Program-made: the position numbers and the translations under genes
The notes under the pieces: model-generated
The model's input: the letters and a program-made list of their open reading frames with translations, nothing else
Database searches by the model: none
Told to the model about the DNA's origin: nothing
Shown: piece by piece, positions 23,881 to 36,847 of the stretch
Numbering within the stretch: position 1 is the stretch's first letter
Layout of the letters: every line of letters starts with the position of its first letter
Assembly (NCBI RefSeq): GCF_004010195.1
Contig: NC_057724.1
Location: 29,236,113-29,300,112, forward strand
Reading direction: 5' to 3'
Source of the DNA: Chiloscyllium plagiosum
Taxonomy: Eukaryota
Length of the DNA: 64,000 nt

Positions 23881-25212
23881 GTAGATTATAGCTCAATGTC
23901 TCCTTTTTAGAGAAAATAATATACACACTATACCAGAAGAGTATAGTTGAATGTTTACGTTTTTGATCCTAATGAGTGCTGGTGAAACAGTTAAAAGCAA
24001 GCTATAGGGAACTCTGTGGAAATCAAAGATAGCCATTTCACCCACGAACTGTTTTTCTCATTCCTCTGTGTTTATAAAAGGTTTTTGCAAAAAAAAAACA
24101 TGTTTCACTGATTTAAAAAACAGAATTACAGGAGACAGCACAGAGAGATGTGACATTTAACACTTGCTATTGGTGACCTTTGTGCTTTGTATTGGGAGAG
24201 ATGGAAAATGCCAGCTTTCTGTGTGGAATACAGGAATTAAATTTCTAGGTGGAAGAGAAGAATAATTAGTGGGAAGGAAATTTCAGGAGTTCAAAATTTT
24301 TCAGGATGTTGTCCTTCTGACTCAGCTCCTCATCACCCCTGAAACGCACATGTCAATAGTGAGGTCAGCACAGGTAAAGAAATTCTAATTTTTTTCTAGT
24401 ATACCACTCTTGTTGAATTCCATTTTGCGCAGCATTAGAAAAGTAACAAACACGTGGTTAGGAGTTTCAGTGGCAATTTGAGCAGAGATATGAACAGAGG
24501 AGGAAATGTTACCTGGATTGAAATAGGTGCATTTTGTGATGGATGTGGAATGTGAGAAGGTTCTGAAGTTGTGTACCATAATGTGCATAATCTGTGTATT
24601 GTGAAACATGATTTTTTTTTCCTCACGAACAAATTGATTCAATAAATTTATTTGGTTTTAAAGGGCAGTATTACAGAAGTTAGCTTTCTGTTAGCTCAAA
24701 ACAGAAAGAAGAGTTGACAAACCTGTTCAGGAATTCCAAAATCTGACTAACTTTGTTACTGTCTGCTTTCCAACAAATTTTTTTGCAGGTCTATTATTAA
24801 ATAAATTGCAATAAGTGAATTAAAAGAGGACAACGGGAAGGGGAAGAGGTATCTTATGCAAAAGCAGACAATTTATATCCTATCCAATATTCCCATTTAA
24901 TACTTATTTGTTCAAATTAAAAATAAATGATAAGAAATGTGAGCAAACTGGCTCAACATCTCCCTAGATGTAAGCAAATTGAGTAATTTCTGCATCTTTT
25001 TATAAGGACAGGCTACATTTGGGTTGTGGAAATTTTAGTTAAGACTTTCATTTGCACCTATTTGCTCTGAATTAGTCACATGTTTCTACGATTTGATATT
25101 TATGTTTTGGACGCAGCAATATTCATTTATGTAGAATATATCCAATGTGTTTTTAAAAATTTTAAAATGCCCTGTCTGACCAATATCTGCCTATTCATTT
25201 TCATTTCTCTAG

Positions 25213-25364
25213 TTTTCACAAAGAATCTGTGTAGCCAGATGTCATCCATTAGTGGTCCTCTGCTACAGTGGCTGGAGGATCGTCTTGATCAGAACAAACA
25301 GCACATCCTGGAACTTCAGCGGGAGAAGGAACAACTCCTCCAAGAACTAGCGGCCTTAAAGTGA
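25213..25364 (+). CDS. BRCC3: BRCC3 exon 8 (last coding): (V)FTKNLCSQMSSISGPLLQWLEDRLDQNKQHILELQREKEQLLQELAALK*
   Basis: Acceptor ttctctag, coiled-coil C-terminus, TGA stop. All eight exons sum to 786 nt = 261 aa + stop. Confidence 0.96.
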
Positions 25365-28287
25365 AAGGAATCATGGGACCTGTGGGAAGAGGGACAGGAA
25401 ATTGCATTCCAGTTGTTCTTCTGTTACTGATGGACAAGGAAGCTATTGGATTGCAACAAAGATCTGTAACAAGCTTTTGGGTCATGTTTAAGACCCCCTT
25501 TTGTTGCTATTCATCTTACTTGCTTATCTATCCAGTCTTATGCCCAGACAAATGGAAATGGACACATTATAGCTTTGATCAGCTTTTGTGTCAAAGGGGA
25601 ATTATTCTAGTCCTTTTTGGATCCAAACTTCCATATTTCAGGTGTCCTGAAATTTGTGGCTCCATTTACATGAAGTTGTTGGATAGATACATTTTCTGTT
25701 GATGTTTTAACTGATCATTATTTCAGTTACACAGTGTGATAATAGAAGTTACTTCAACTGATATTTCTTGAAACCAGGGAAGTTGTTGATTATTTGACAA
25801 ATTTGTCAACAATTTTATTTGTGGCCTGCATTTTGGGTAGCCTTTAGCCAGTAGATATTCTGATTACTTTATATTCACCAGCTGTTGGAAAATTTAAGTG
25901 AATACTGGAAAATACTTTTCAATGCCACAAAATCTCAGCTAAATCTAAAGAGGTTAGACTGTTGATTTCTTACTATGTTCCCTGTGAAAGTAAAATAGTG
26001 AGTAGAAAAGTTCTGTTAACAATTTTCTTCTTTACTTCAGTATATTTATGATGGTTTGACATTATTGTATCACCAATCTGCATTTCATTGACTAATTCAA
26101 AAGTTTGGACTATTCCAATGACATCTTTGATTGTATGTATCATTAAATTAGGCAAACAACATAACTGAATCCTCAGTAAGAGAAGGATCAGTTTTATTCC
26201 AGCATCTCTAAACAAAGAGGAATGATAGGAGCTGTGGAAAGAGGATCAACAAATTTTATGCAAGCCATTGTTGTTACAGATGAGAAGGGAAGCCATTAAC
26301 CTGCAAAGATACCTAGATTGGCTGAATAAATGTGACAGATCACTTTACAATCTGCTTTGTTATCGCTTCCAGTACTTAAACAGTCTTGATTGTGTCTTTG
26401 ATTTTTTTTGTCTGGCATAACTATTTTCATTCAGGTTTGTGCATTGGTATCTGGGTTGCATAGGAATACATTCCTTATTCATATACACTTGGTGAACTGT
26501 TAGGCTGGTACTGCCACATACAATCTGCAATGCAGTGAGGTTCTCAATAGGGTTTGAATGCATTCTTTATAAAATTAATTGATTCATGTTCCACAATGAC
26601 TGGTGTTTCACTTGTCAAATTGTAGTTTCCAAGGATAGTAACATTTTTTTACCTGTATACTAATGGTATTCTAAATGCCCATTTGTGATTTCTGGTATAG
26701 TTTATTGACCTCTGCAGATAAACCAAAGGAGCTTCGTAGTCATCAGCATAGATAAGGTTTGAGTTGGATGTTTACATTCAAAGTGTCATTATACAGAATT
26801 AAGAATAAAATCTGATTTCTACTGATCTGAAATTAGTTATGAAAACATTTTCAGTTATAAGTATTTTCCAGTTGTACACGTTTGTTGAATTCTAAAAATT
26901 CTAATGGAGGTTTTATAAACATCAAAATTTAATTTGTTGTTAATTGCCAATAATGTCTATAACAGAATCATTGTGATCTCTCTCATATAAAAAAGATTAT
27001 GTGCACACTTCTCACAAAATTTATGTCACTCTTTCTTCATATACATAATTTAAACTGATTGGCTAAATTTGAATTGTTGTGAAAGCAACTCTACCAGCGT
27101 TACAGCTCAAATGTTACATCTTCAAATTGTCCAGTACACTTTGTGCTTGCAGTCAGTTACATGACAAGTGATTGCAAGCTTTTCAGCTTTCATTCTCTCT
27201 TAAAGGTACAGTACATGCCTTCAACTTCATCATAGTGGAAACAAAAAAAAGCACTGATTTTTTACTATTCTCTTGTATCTTAAAAAAAATGAGGACTTTG
27301 TTATAGGATTTCTAACATGATAATGATGAAAATTACAAAATTTACAAACGATTACATATTCTGTGTAATTATCATTTTGTGCAGAACAATATTCTTTGGA
27401 GGATATATTTGAGGCATTCCCACACTTCCCCACCTTGTCCATCTTGAGAAGCTGGAAATTTGATTTCACATGGCTTCTCTGGCTCTAATTTCTTAGCAGA
27501 CTGCAGTTATACTAGTGTTATTCTGAAACTGTTCTGAATAATACTACCAAAATGTTTATATTGCTATATAATTGTCTCTATAAATGCACTTTAAAACGAT
27601 CTCTCCTCTGAATGTACTTAGTGCTATCATATTTTGAAATGCAGATATATGTAACACCGTTGTTATAATTGGAAATTGGTTATATTTGGAGGATTATTCA
27701 GAAGATGTGCTGTTAACTGTTACAATCCCCATCTGTTCTCATTTTATCCCTGTCATGTGCCAGGTGTAGCAATAGAAAGAGGTTTGTGCAAAGTATTCCT
27801 CCAAGACCAGTGAGGGTAACTGATTTTTTTTTTAACCATGGAAACATTGAAATGAAGCAACACATGAATCTTTTATATTTTACTATCAAGTAATTGATCA
27901 GAAAAACCATGACCTATGTATGTTCATGTATACATCATTGTTTCAACTGCGGTATACAAGACAAAACAAGAACAAATGATCAACTCCCAAAGGTTTTCAC
28001 AACAAGCCAATTACTTTTGCAATGTAATCAATATTAAGCAGAAGAATGTGAGCTAAATTGCGCAAGTAGAATCATACAGAACAAATTAATATATGATCAG
28101 ATAAATGCTTTGCATTGTATTAATTAGGGGAGGTATTGTATATTAGAATGCTAAACTCACTATTATTCTTTGAATAACATCATAGGATTATGCTCATGAT
28201 TCTGTGCAAGCAGAGGAATAGATAGATATCTAAATTTCAAAAGAAGTATCATTTATATTTCTTTCACAACCTCAGGATGTCCCGTGT

Positions 28288-28650
28288 GGGCGACACGGTG
28301 GCACAGTGGTTAGCACTGCTGCCTCACAGCTCCAAAGACCCGGGTTCAATTCCCGCCTCAGGCGACTGTGTAGAGTTTGCACGTTCTACCCGTGTCGGCG
28401 TGGGTTTCCTCCGGGTACTTCGGTTTCCTCCCACAATCCAAAGATGTGCAGGTCAGGTGAATTGGCCATGCTAAATTGCCTGTAGTGTTAGGTAAGGGGT
28501 AAATGTAGGGGTATGGGTGGGATGTGCTTCGGAGGGGCAGTGTGGACTTGTTGGGCCGAAGGGTATGGGTGGGATGTGCTTCGGAGGGGCAGTATGGACT
28601 TGTTGGGCCGAAGGGCCTGTTTCCACACTAAGTAATCTAATAAAAAAAAG
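28288..28650 (+). mobile_element. HE1 SINE, full length, with internal 52-bp tandem duplication
   Basis: A box tggcacagtgg, B box ggttcaattcc, CR1-like 3' tail. The unit repeats at 28509-28560 and 28561-28612. Confidence 0.9.
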
Positions 28651-29539
28651 TAATCTTATCTAATCAAAGGGTTTTGCTGTCAATGTAAGAGTTCGATGTG
28701 TCACAGTTTACTGTGCAGTATAGGTAAACATAGCAAGCAATTAAATAAATAACCAGGCAACCTATTCTAAATAATGTTGATTCAGAGATAACTGTGCATG
28801 GTACCAGAAGCGCTTCCTTGACTTCTTTTTTAAACATAGTGCCACGAGGTCTCTAATGTTAAGGTGAGGGTGCAGACTGGCTCTAAAAGACAGCAACCTT
28901 GGAGCTTGACTGAATATGGCTGGATTTCATCTGAGTTTTTCAACAATAACAGCTGTGGAACTGTTAGCGTTTGCTGTCATTACTCCTCTGAAATTGATAT
29001 CAACGTCCCAAGATTGCAGATATATAGCAAACCTGTAAGTCTGGAGATTCAATTCATTGTGAGTGGTTCTATGCTAACCCTGAGAGTGGGCTACTAAAGG
29101 CAGTTAGATATCACTGAACTATCTTGAAATTCTGCTGTACATTTTCTTAGACTCCTGAATACCCCAATTTTAATAAGAAATTCTATCTTTTAAACATGTT
29201 TTAAAGGCTTGTTTTTGACTTTATTTTAATCTCGTCTCCATGTCCAATCTATCACGATTTTTCTATTTTAATGTATGTAAAAATTAAAAGCAAAGATATT
29301 TAGTTATTTTTAATTTCCTGGTTTGCAGATTGTGGGAATACTTGGCTATTTGTCCTGTTTTCTGACATCACTGGTGCTAGGATGTTTGGAGATTCCTTTG
29401 ATATGATGCAAGATTCAAGCTAACCTTGGGCAAGAGAATGACTGTGCCATGTAAGTTGCTGGATCTGCACGGATAATTTTTTTCAAGGTCAGAAAGCCTA
29501 ACTAAAAAACAAAAAGGAACAAAGAACTAGGAGGACCTC

Positions 29540-29641
29540 AAAAATAAAAACACAAATTGCTGGAAAATCTTAGCACATCTGGCAGCATCTGTGGATAGAA
29601 AGCAGAATTAATGTTTTGGGTTCAGTGATCCTTCTTCAGGA
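29540..29641 (-). mobile_element. Penelope-type terminal repeat fragment with degenerate hammerhead core
   Basis: Reverse strand reads tcCTGAAGAaggatcactgaacccAAAAcatt...cagatgctgccagatgtgct...tttccagcaattt. Confidence 0.6.
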
Positions 29642-30765
29642 TTACCACTGCTTCACTGTTGACTGCAAAATCCAGCTCAGTTTGTTACTGGAGAATCCTA
29701 CTGGATTTGATCTTAAATCACCAAAAGCCATTCACAAAAACAAAGTCAAGATTAGGCCCAGATTATAATTTACTGAGCTTCTTCATTTGCTATTAGTAGG
29801 ACCTTGCTATGTACAAATTGGCTGTTATATTTTCCAAAGCACAATTTTTATATTTAAAAAGTTGCTTTTAAAGTATTAAAATAACACGCCATAATAAAAT
29901 CCTTTCTGCAAATTCATTCATTATCTTTCTTTAAGAGATGGAAGAAAGTTAAAAACTTTGAATATTTTTAATTACCAGTTGAATGCAGCAATAAAAAATG
30001 CAAGGTATTAATGTTTAAAATTTCAATGTCCGTGAATGTTTTTCATTACACCATCTTTTGATCTATGTTTTGCTCATCTTTGAGCTTCTACTTATTATGT
30101 ATCATCAGCTGTCTTAAATCGGAATAAGCATTGGTAGAGGTTACCATGGCATCTTGCTATTGTGGGGTATGCAAATAATTCCCTCTGACCAAAAGAATAA
30201 AATATTTTATAATTGCTAATTCCTTGTATCTAGCAAAATAGAATAATCCTGGCAAGTTAAAATGGTACAGTTATATGTGGTTGAAACAGTGTCATCAGCA
30301 TAGAGCTATTATAAGCTCTCAACAATGTAACTTTTGAGATATATGCTGATTCTTGCTATTAACATGTAAATCTGTTAGGTCTATATTTCTATACAGAGCA
30401 ATTAGATAGCTCTGCTTACATTAATTTGCACAACAATGAACTCTCAAGTATTTTAGAAAGTTGTTTCATTAACAGCTACAAGAAAGGTAATTTCATGTTT
30501 TTTTGTACCATTTTAGCCTTACTTTTACAATTCATGCTCATAAACACTTACATTTGATTCTCATCTTTGATTCTTCACATGAAATAATAAATATATAATC
30601 CATAACAACCTTGTCAATGGTCCCTCCTCTTGAGCAAGCAGGAGACATCACACGTACACAGATAAAAGAGGTACGCCTGTGTCGGGCAGTTTAACAGATG
30701 AAGAGATGCAGCCTAGACTGTACAACTTGATTTAGTTACAGCCTAGAACCAAACACAACAGATTG

Positions 30766-30772
30766 TATAAAG
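30766..30772 (+). promoter_or_regulatory. Candidate TATA box for the MAO gene
   Basis: TATAAAG about 75 nt upstream of the ATG; no CpG island here. Motif match only. Confidence 0.3.
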
Positions 30773-30843
30773 GTAAAAGAAATAATCGAATAGCCATATT
30801 CAGGAGCATCTGCACAAAAGGCAGGTGAAAACTGACGGTAAAA

Positions 30844-30892
30844 ATGTCCAGTGGAAAACAAGATGTGATCATCATTGGAGGGGGCTTGTCGG
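30844..30892 (+). CDS. Monoamine oxidase (flavin amine oxidase) exon 1: MSSGKQDVIIIGGGLS(G)
   Basis: Rossmann FAD motif GxGxxG split by a phase-1 donor G|gtgagt, as in vertebrate MAO genes. Confidence 0.9.
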
Positions 30893-31499
30893 GTGAGTGT
30901 TTTCTGATTCTACCTTTCAGTTGTGTCTTTCCCTCAAGTTGTCAGCACAATGTATTTAGTGCTGGAGTCGTTCAAAGGAAAAGCAGCTAATGCTTTCTGA
31001 ATGAATGCATTGTGCCCTAGGATAATAATTTAGGAAGCAATAAAGTGGATTCCGTTCATCCTACATTTGTAGATAATGGAGTTTAACACATATGAAAATG
31101 TGTGAAAATATATGATACTGTAGAATTTAATCATCATTTCTGAAAAAAAAATTCTTCCAAATTATTTGAATAACATTCAAAAGGAAAATGCTTTGATTTT
31201 TAAGCACTTTAGTTCTCATTTAGAATACAGACTTCATATATGTGGGAGCTGCACATACCATTGTATTGATCTATGCATTACAAGAAGACAATTATCTGCA
31301 GTGTTCTATTGGAAGCAGAACTACGAACAATTGATGTGCTATCAGAACATGTTACAGCGAGCACACATTCTATACAGATGTTTTATTTGTTGTCTTCCCA
31401 ATTATGATGTGTATTTTCACAAAACCTATGGATCTTCAGACTAATCCCTTCTGTACTCCATTCCCAGCAAGGCAATCTTTTCTCACTGTTCAAGCGTAC

Positions 31500-32235
31500 A
31501 GTTACTTTATTAGATTGAGTGTTGCAAATCACTGTTCTTGGTCCCCATTCCAAACTCCACCCTCTTGCTGACAACAGTCTAAGATCAAACAAATATCTTT
31601 GCTACCTTGGTACCATATTTGACCCTGAGATAAGTTTCCAACCAAACTGCCATGCTATCATTAAGGAAGCGTATTTCGTCCCCATGTCACCAAACTTCAC
31701 CCCTGTCTCATCTCATCTCATCTAATGCTGAAAACCTCAACTATACCTCTGTTATATCTTGCTTGATAATTTCAGTGCACTGCTGGCTGGTGTTCAATAT
31801 TCTAATATTATAGTCATCCAGACTCTGCTATTTCCATCTTGTAGCAAATCCTTGTGACAGCTCACTGGCCTCTACTGGATCCTGATCAAGTCATGTCTTG
31901 ATTTTAAAATATTCATCTTTGCTTTCAAATTCTTCCATGAATCCTTGCCCTAATTTCAGCAGCATAGCTATTCAAGATATCTGTTCCAATAGCTATTCTA
32001 ATTCTGACCTCTTGTGCATCCGTGATATGAACGTCTCATTATTGGTGGCTGAGTCTTCAATTGGCTATCTCCCTTTCCTTTAAGACACTATTTAAATCTT
32101 CCTGCTTCAACCAGGCTTTTGTTCATCTGATATCTATCATCTTCCTATGTGGTTCAATATAATATTTTGAAGTTCAAAGCTTATGGGAAGTGTCATTGTG
32201 TATTTTATTACATTAAAAGGCTGCTTATAAATAAA
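31500..32235 (+). mobile_element. L2-clade LINE 3' fragment
   Basis: accttgg..ccatatttgaccctgag (LG.IFD), gctgaaaacctc, tcactggcct...ttgattttaaaat and the tail attacattaaagg...tataaat are typical of L2 3' ends. Confidence 0.6.
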
Positions 32236-32842
32236 AGATTGTTCTTTTTAGATTAGAATTTGGCTCCAGATTATAGTCTCTTGTATGAAAGAAAAATGTC
32301 AAGAAAATATTGTGGAAATGAAGTGAACTTCAGGAGGACTGGCAGTGACGAGGAACCAGACTCTAGTCTGCTTCATGAAGATTTAAACAGCTTGTAGAAA
32401 ATGTAAACATTTCTATTGAATCATTATGGATGAATGGATTTGCAATTCATGGCTTAATTGGATATGGAACAGTTTAAAGAATTTGTCAAAATATCTCACT
32501 AATTTCCTATCTTTTGCTCCTGTGTTGACAATATAGAATGCCATATTATCTTGACATGGTAAACAGGAAGATACAATATTATGATTTTCAGGTATTAGAG
32601 TCTAGCCCAGATTGTTTCTAAACCAGCTTGAGATATATCTGGAGGATCTTAATTGAAACTGAGACCAAGAAATTTCTTGACCTAAAAGGATGTTTGGCTT
32701 TCTGATGAGGTACGATATACCTCAAATATGAAACCCTGTTTTCCTCCTAGATATTTTGTTTTAAACAATCCCACAGACCTGTGAGAAAATCTCAGAGATC
32801 TTTACAGGCACTGTCCCAAAAATGTAGTTCATGGATGAAGAA

Positions 32843-32992
32843 GATATGGAATGAGCTGCCAGAGGAAGTGGTGGAAGCTAGTACAATTGCAACATTGCAG
32901 GTGGGACTAGATTGGGTTGGGATATCTGGTCGGCATGGATGGGTTGGACCGAAGGGTCTGTTTCCATGTTGTACATCTCTCTGACTCTATGA
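32843..32992 (+). mobile_element. Short CR1 3' end
   Basis: WNELPEEVVEA and the same 3' UTR as 1-825. Confidence 0.8.
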
Positions 32993-34679
32993 GAGAGCCT
33001 CAGTTAATTGCCTGCCAGCTTTCCTTAATCCATTTGAATAAGTACTCAGGTTCTTGCACCAGTGATTAATTCAACACTGAGAACTTGTATGTGAAAAAAT
33101 ACAGATGCAAAATCATATCCTGCTTCTTTGTAGCACAGCAGATTAGCATAATTTATCACATACATGGAGGAGATTGAGAACATTTGAGGTAATTTTTTTG
33201 CTTTAGTATGAATGCCAAGTTAATCTGCGAAAAACATCAACATTATTATTATGGACTGGCCTCAGTTATATTCGCTCAAATAACTTTTGGTGTAGCATAT
33301 GTTTGTTGAGGCAGCTTATTGACCTGGGGGCATGTACATCAGCATTTTGTAAAGCTTCTGTCCGAAACTTTTAAAGGATTTATATGGAAGCATCAATTCT
33401 GAGGAGCAGGAAATTATTTTACAGCACATTTCCAATCAATGACATCAAATATGTAAGCCTTTGAGCTTTGGAATCCAATGTGACTGACATAAAAATGTAC
33501 ACCAAATCTGGAAGTAGCATTCCCTGTAACATTCCTGCCATGTCATCTCTCCCCATTGAAACTGCAGCTGTCCTTTCAAAGAAGGCAAATCAAATTATTT
33601 GCAAGTGTTGAAATAATGCATAAAGGATATTTGATGATATTTTACAGTTTGTTAATTTCTTCATTTGCATTTTACCAAATAACAGCACTAGCTTTAGAGA
33701 AAGCTTAAATAACTTGTGGAAATTTAACTTTTTAACAGTTTTAGCTGAGCTACTGAAACAGGATATTGCATCCTTAAAACGAATCAAATTAAGTAAGTTG
33801 TATAATATGTAGACTCAGCCACAGCAGCTGCTGTTCTGAAATCATTCCTATTTAATTGTTTACAGGCTTCTCGTCGAGGCATGTAATTTCCTGTCCTGCT
33901 GCCGTCCTTTGACGTGTATTGATTTACACCTCAATAGCTTGACGAAATCATCTCAGAAACCTTTATTGTACTGTCAGTGCAGATCAGAAATGAGTGGGAG
34001 GCAAGTGCTGTTCTGAATGCAGATGGATGGCTTTGAATTGATTTATATCAGTGAAAGATCATTAAACTCAAAGGTTTACTGGTAGTGGAAATGAAAAGTT
34101 CTTACATTGCAGACAGATTTATTTTGTAATTTTTGGAATTGAATTTGCTGATGTTTGGATTTTAAAATAGAGCTTTTAAAAAGGAAGAGCTTTAGCAGGG
34201 CCAGTGGGTGAAGACATGGAGTGATGGGACATGTCCCCAAATTTCTTAAAACAATGTTTAAGTTCTATACTACCAAGTAATTACTCATACAATTAAACGG
34301 TTGTATTTTGATCAGAATGTCCTAACTTTACCAAGTCAAACTGAAGACCTAGCTAGTCCATTGACTAGATACTCGGTTATTTTTCACACAAAAATACTTT
34401 CCTATCTGGTCCTATGCACACTGTAAAGAATCACAAATGACTGATCAGAATGAATCAGGAAAGGACAGAGAAATTTAACTAAAACTGTATCAAAAATCAG
34501 GGAATAGAGACTTAAAAATGAAGTTAAATGTTCTTCTTCGAAATGTGCAAAAAACCTGCAGTAAGTGTACTAGTGGCTCAAATTAAGGTAAGCGTTTTGA
34601 TCAAATTGTCATTACAAAGACATAGTTACAAGGTCACTAAATTAGTGAAATAAATTTTCCAGAGTGCGCAGCATTTCAG

Positions 34680-35990
34680 AAAAACAGATACAGGCATAGT
34701 CCTGATAGTAAAGGACTAGTGAGGATGTTAGTGAGAAAATATCTGCCTTTAGGTGTTCTTGAAATAGAATAATCATGTGAGGAAATTAGGAATAACAAGA
34801 GTGAGGCCTTTAATCTTCACATAAACTGTAATAATAAAATTCATAAGAGTAGTCTAGAAGGTGAGGTGATTAGAATGTTTTTGTTTCTTGGAGCAATATA
34901 TATAAAAGGGGACATAGCTATCTTAGATCAAGGTTAGAGTAATGAAATAGGATACATTCCCCTGGGAAATAGTGATCATAAATTATTGGATTTAGTGATC
35001 AATTTCAATGTAACATATTCCAACCACAAACAAAAATCTTAAACAAAGCTAAATTTATGGTGATGAGGGGACAATTAGTGAAGGTTAATTGGGTAGATTG
35101 GCAAATAAAAAATATGGCTGCAAATAAACAATGGAAAACATTTAAATAAACAATTCAAAATATGAGTACATTTCACTGAAGTGCAAAAACTCAACAAGAT
35201 CCATCAGAAATGCATTTAGGAAGTTAAGCACAGTACTAAATTAAATTAAAACGCTTACAATATGAAAAAAATGCAAAAACCAAGTGTCAGGATTTAGATT
35301 GTTGTAGAAACTAGGAAATGATTCCCAAAATGAATTGATAAGAGGAAGAAAAAAATACAATAGAGAATAAAATAGGCAGAAATAGGAAAACAGATTGAAA
35401 GAGATTTTGTGTATATACATATAATATGAAAAGGAAGAGACTAGCTCAAGTCAAGTTCATTAGAAGGAGCAACAAGAGAAATGATCAGGGGAACACAGAA
35501 AATAATTTTGAACAAATATTTCATGTCTACCCTCTCAGTAGAAGACATACGTTTCATGCCAGAAATAGATGTTAACTTAGGGCTATAGTGAGTGAAGACA
35601 TTAAGGAAATTAACATTAATATTGAAGAAATATTTGAAAAAGTATTAAAAGTATAAGGACAAAAAAAATCTGACAAATCTGTAAGACCTGATATCTTATT
35701 TCCTAGGGTTACAAGAGGTAACTACAGAGATAATGGGTGTGTGAGCTATAATTTTCCAAAATACCTTAGATTTGGGACCACTCCCATTAGACTGGAAGTT
35801 GGCAAAAGTAACACTGTTTTTCAGGAAAAATAACAGTGAGAAAACAGGAACAGCCAGTAAGCCTAACATCAGGTTCACGAAAAAGGTTGTGAATCTTTGG
35901 GTTTCTGATGGTTGGAGATGACTCATCATTGTACACATTTAAGTTTGGAGTAGATGGAGGTTTGGCCTCTCAGAGAATCAAGGGAAATGG
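34680..35990 (+). mobile_element. Old CR1 ORF2 remnant
   Basis: Degenerate endonuclease (agtgatcat) and RT (gactggaagttggcaaaagtaacac...ttcaggaaaa) segments. Confidence 0.6.
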
Positions 35991-36847
35991 TAGCTCAATC
36001 TTAATTTTATTTGACTGTGTCAGTTACATTCAGTTTCATGGAGGGTTTCACTGTAAGCCTAATGAGTATTCTCAACATTCCTACCAAACCTGCCTCTTTA
36101 ACTACCTATCTCACCCTACAGCACTCCCTCACCTAATTTTAGCCCGATTCTATCACCCAGTGTTCCTGGAAAACCTCACTGTTCACTGGATATCCCCAAA
36201 GGATTAGTATCCCTAACAACCATATTGAAAAGTCCAATCTGTGCCTAATCGAGCACAGCATTCTAAAACTGCTCTATTTGGTCATGGACTATCCTCTGAA
36301 GTTGCAGGACAAGGAGAAAATGGTGCCATGAGCCTCTGACTGGGATATGGATAACCTGGTGAAAGGGATAGTCCAGAGATTGGCTGTACTCATCCTAGAG
36401 ACAGGAAGACAATGATCCATTCCCACTGTCTATTCTCCTCACCATCTTTTGACAATCTGCACCAGCACTAACAGCTGTGCCAGAGCCAGGGTGAGTGGAT
36501 AGGTGCTCTACATTGGCTCCTCCTTGTAGAGCAAAGACTGGGACTGTTCCTAAGGGAATTCTGAGATACCCATGTCCCACCAATCAGTAAACACCATTCT
36601 TCACTCTACTGAAATTCTCACAGTAACTCACCATCAATGCCATTCCTCTCCGGTGTCTTACAGGTGCCAGTGGGATGGCCATAGACCTGCGGAGAAATGA
36701 CTTTTACCATCAGAAGAGACCTCCTCAATCTCTGAGAATAAGAGATCGGAGGCCTCAGAAGAAGTATTTACAAGCTTGCTTTTTGCACTCCCTCCAGCTC
36801 TGATACTGACTCCACAATGAGAAGGTCAGCTTTAAATAGGTTGGGAG

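Noticed and set aside
26325-26809. AATAAA signals at 26325 and 26804 as the BRCC3 polyA site
   Set aside because: Plausible, but cannot be distinguished from chance in AT-rich DNA without 3'-end data.
28288-28360. tRNA-like sequence with A and B boxes (also near 18480-18556 and 15350-15430)
   Set aside because: These are SINE heads continuing into SINE bodies, with no complete cloverleaf, so not tRNA genes.
32700-32735. CTGATGA followed by hairpin GAGGTA/TACCTC, possible hammerhead
   Set aside because: No GAAA directly after the stem and no matching stem I or NUH.
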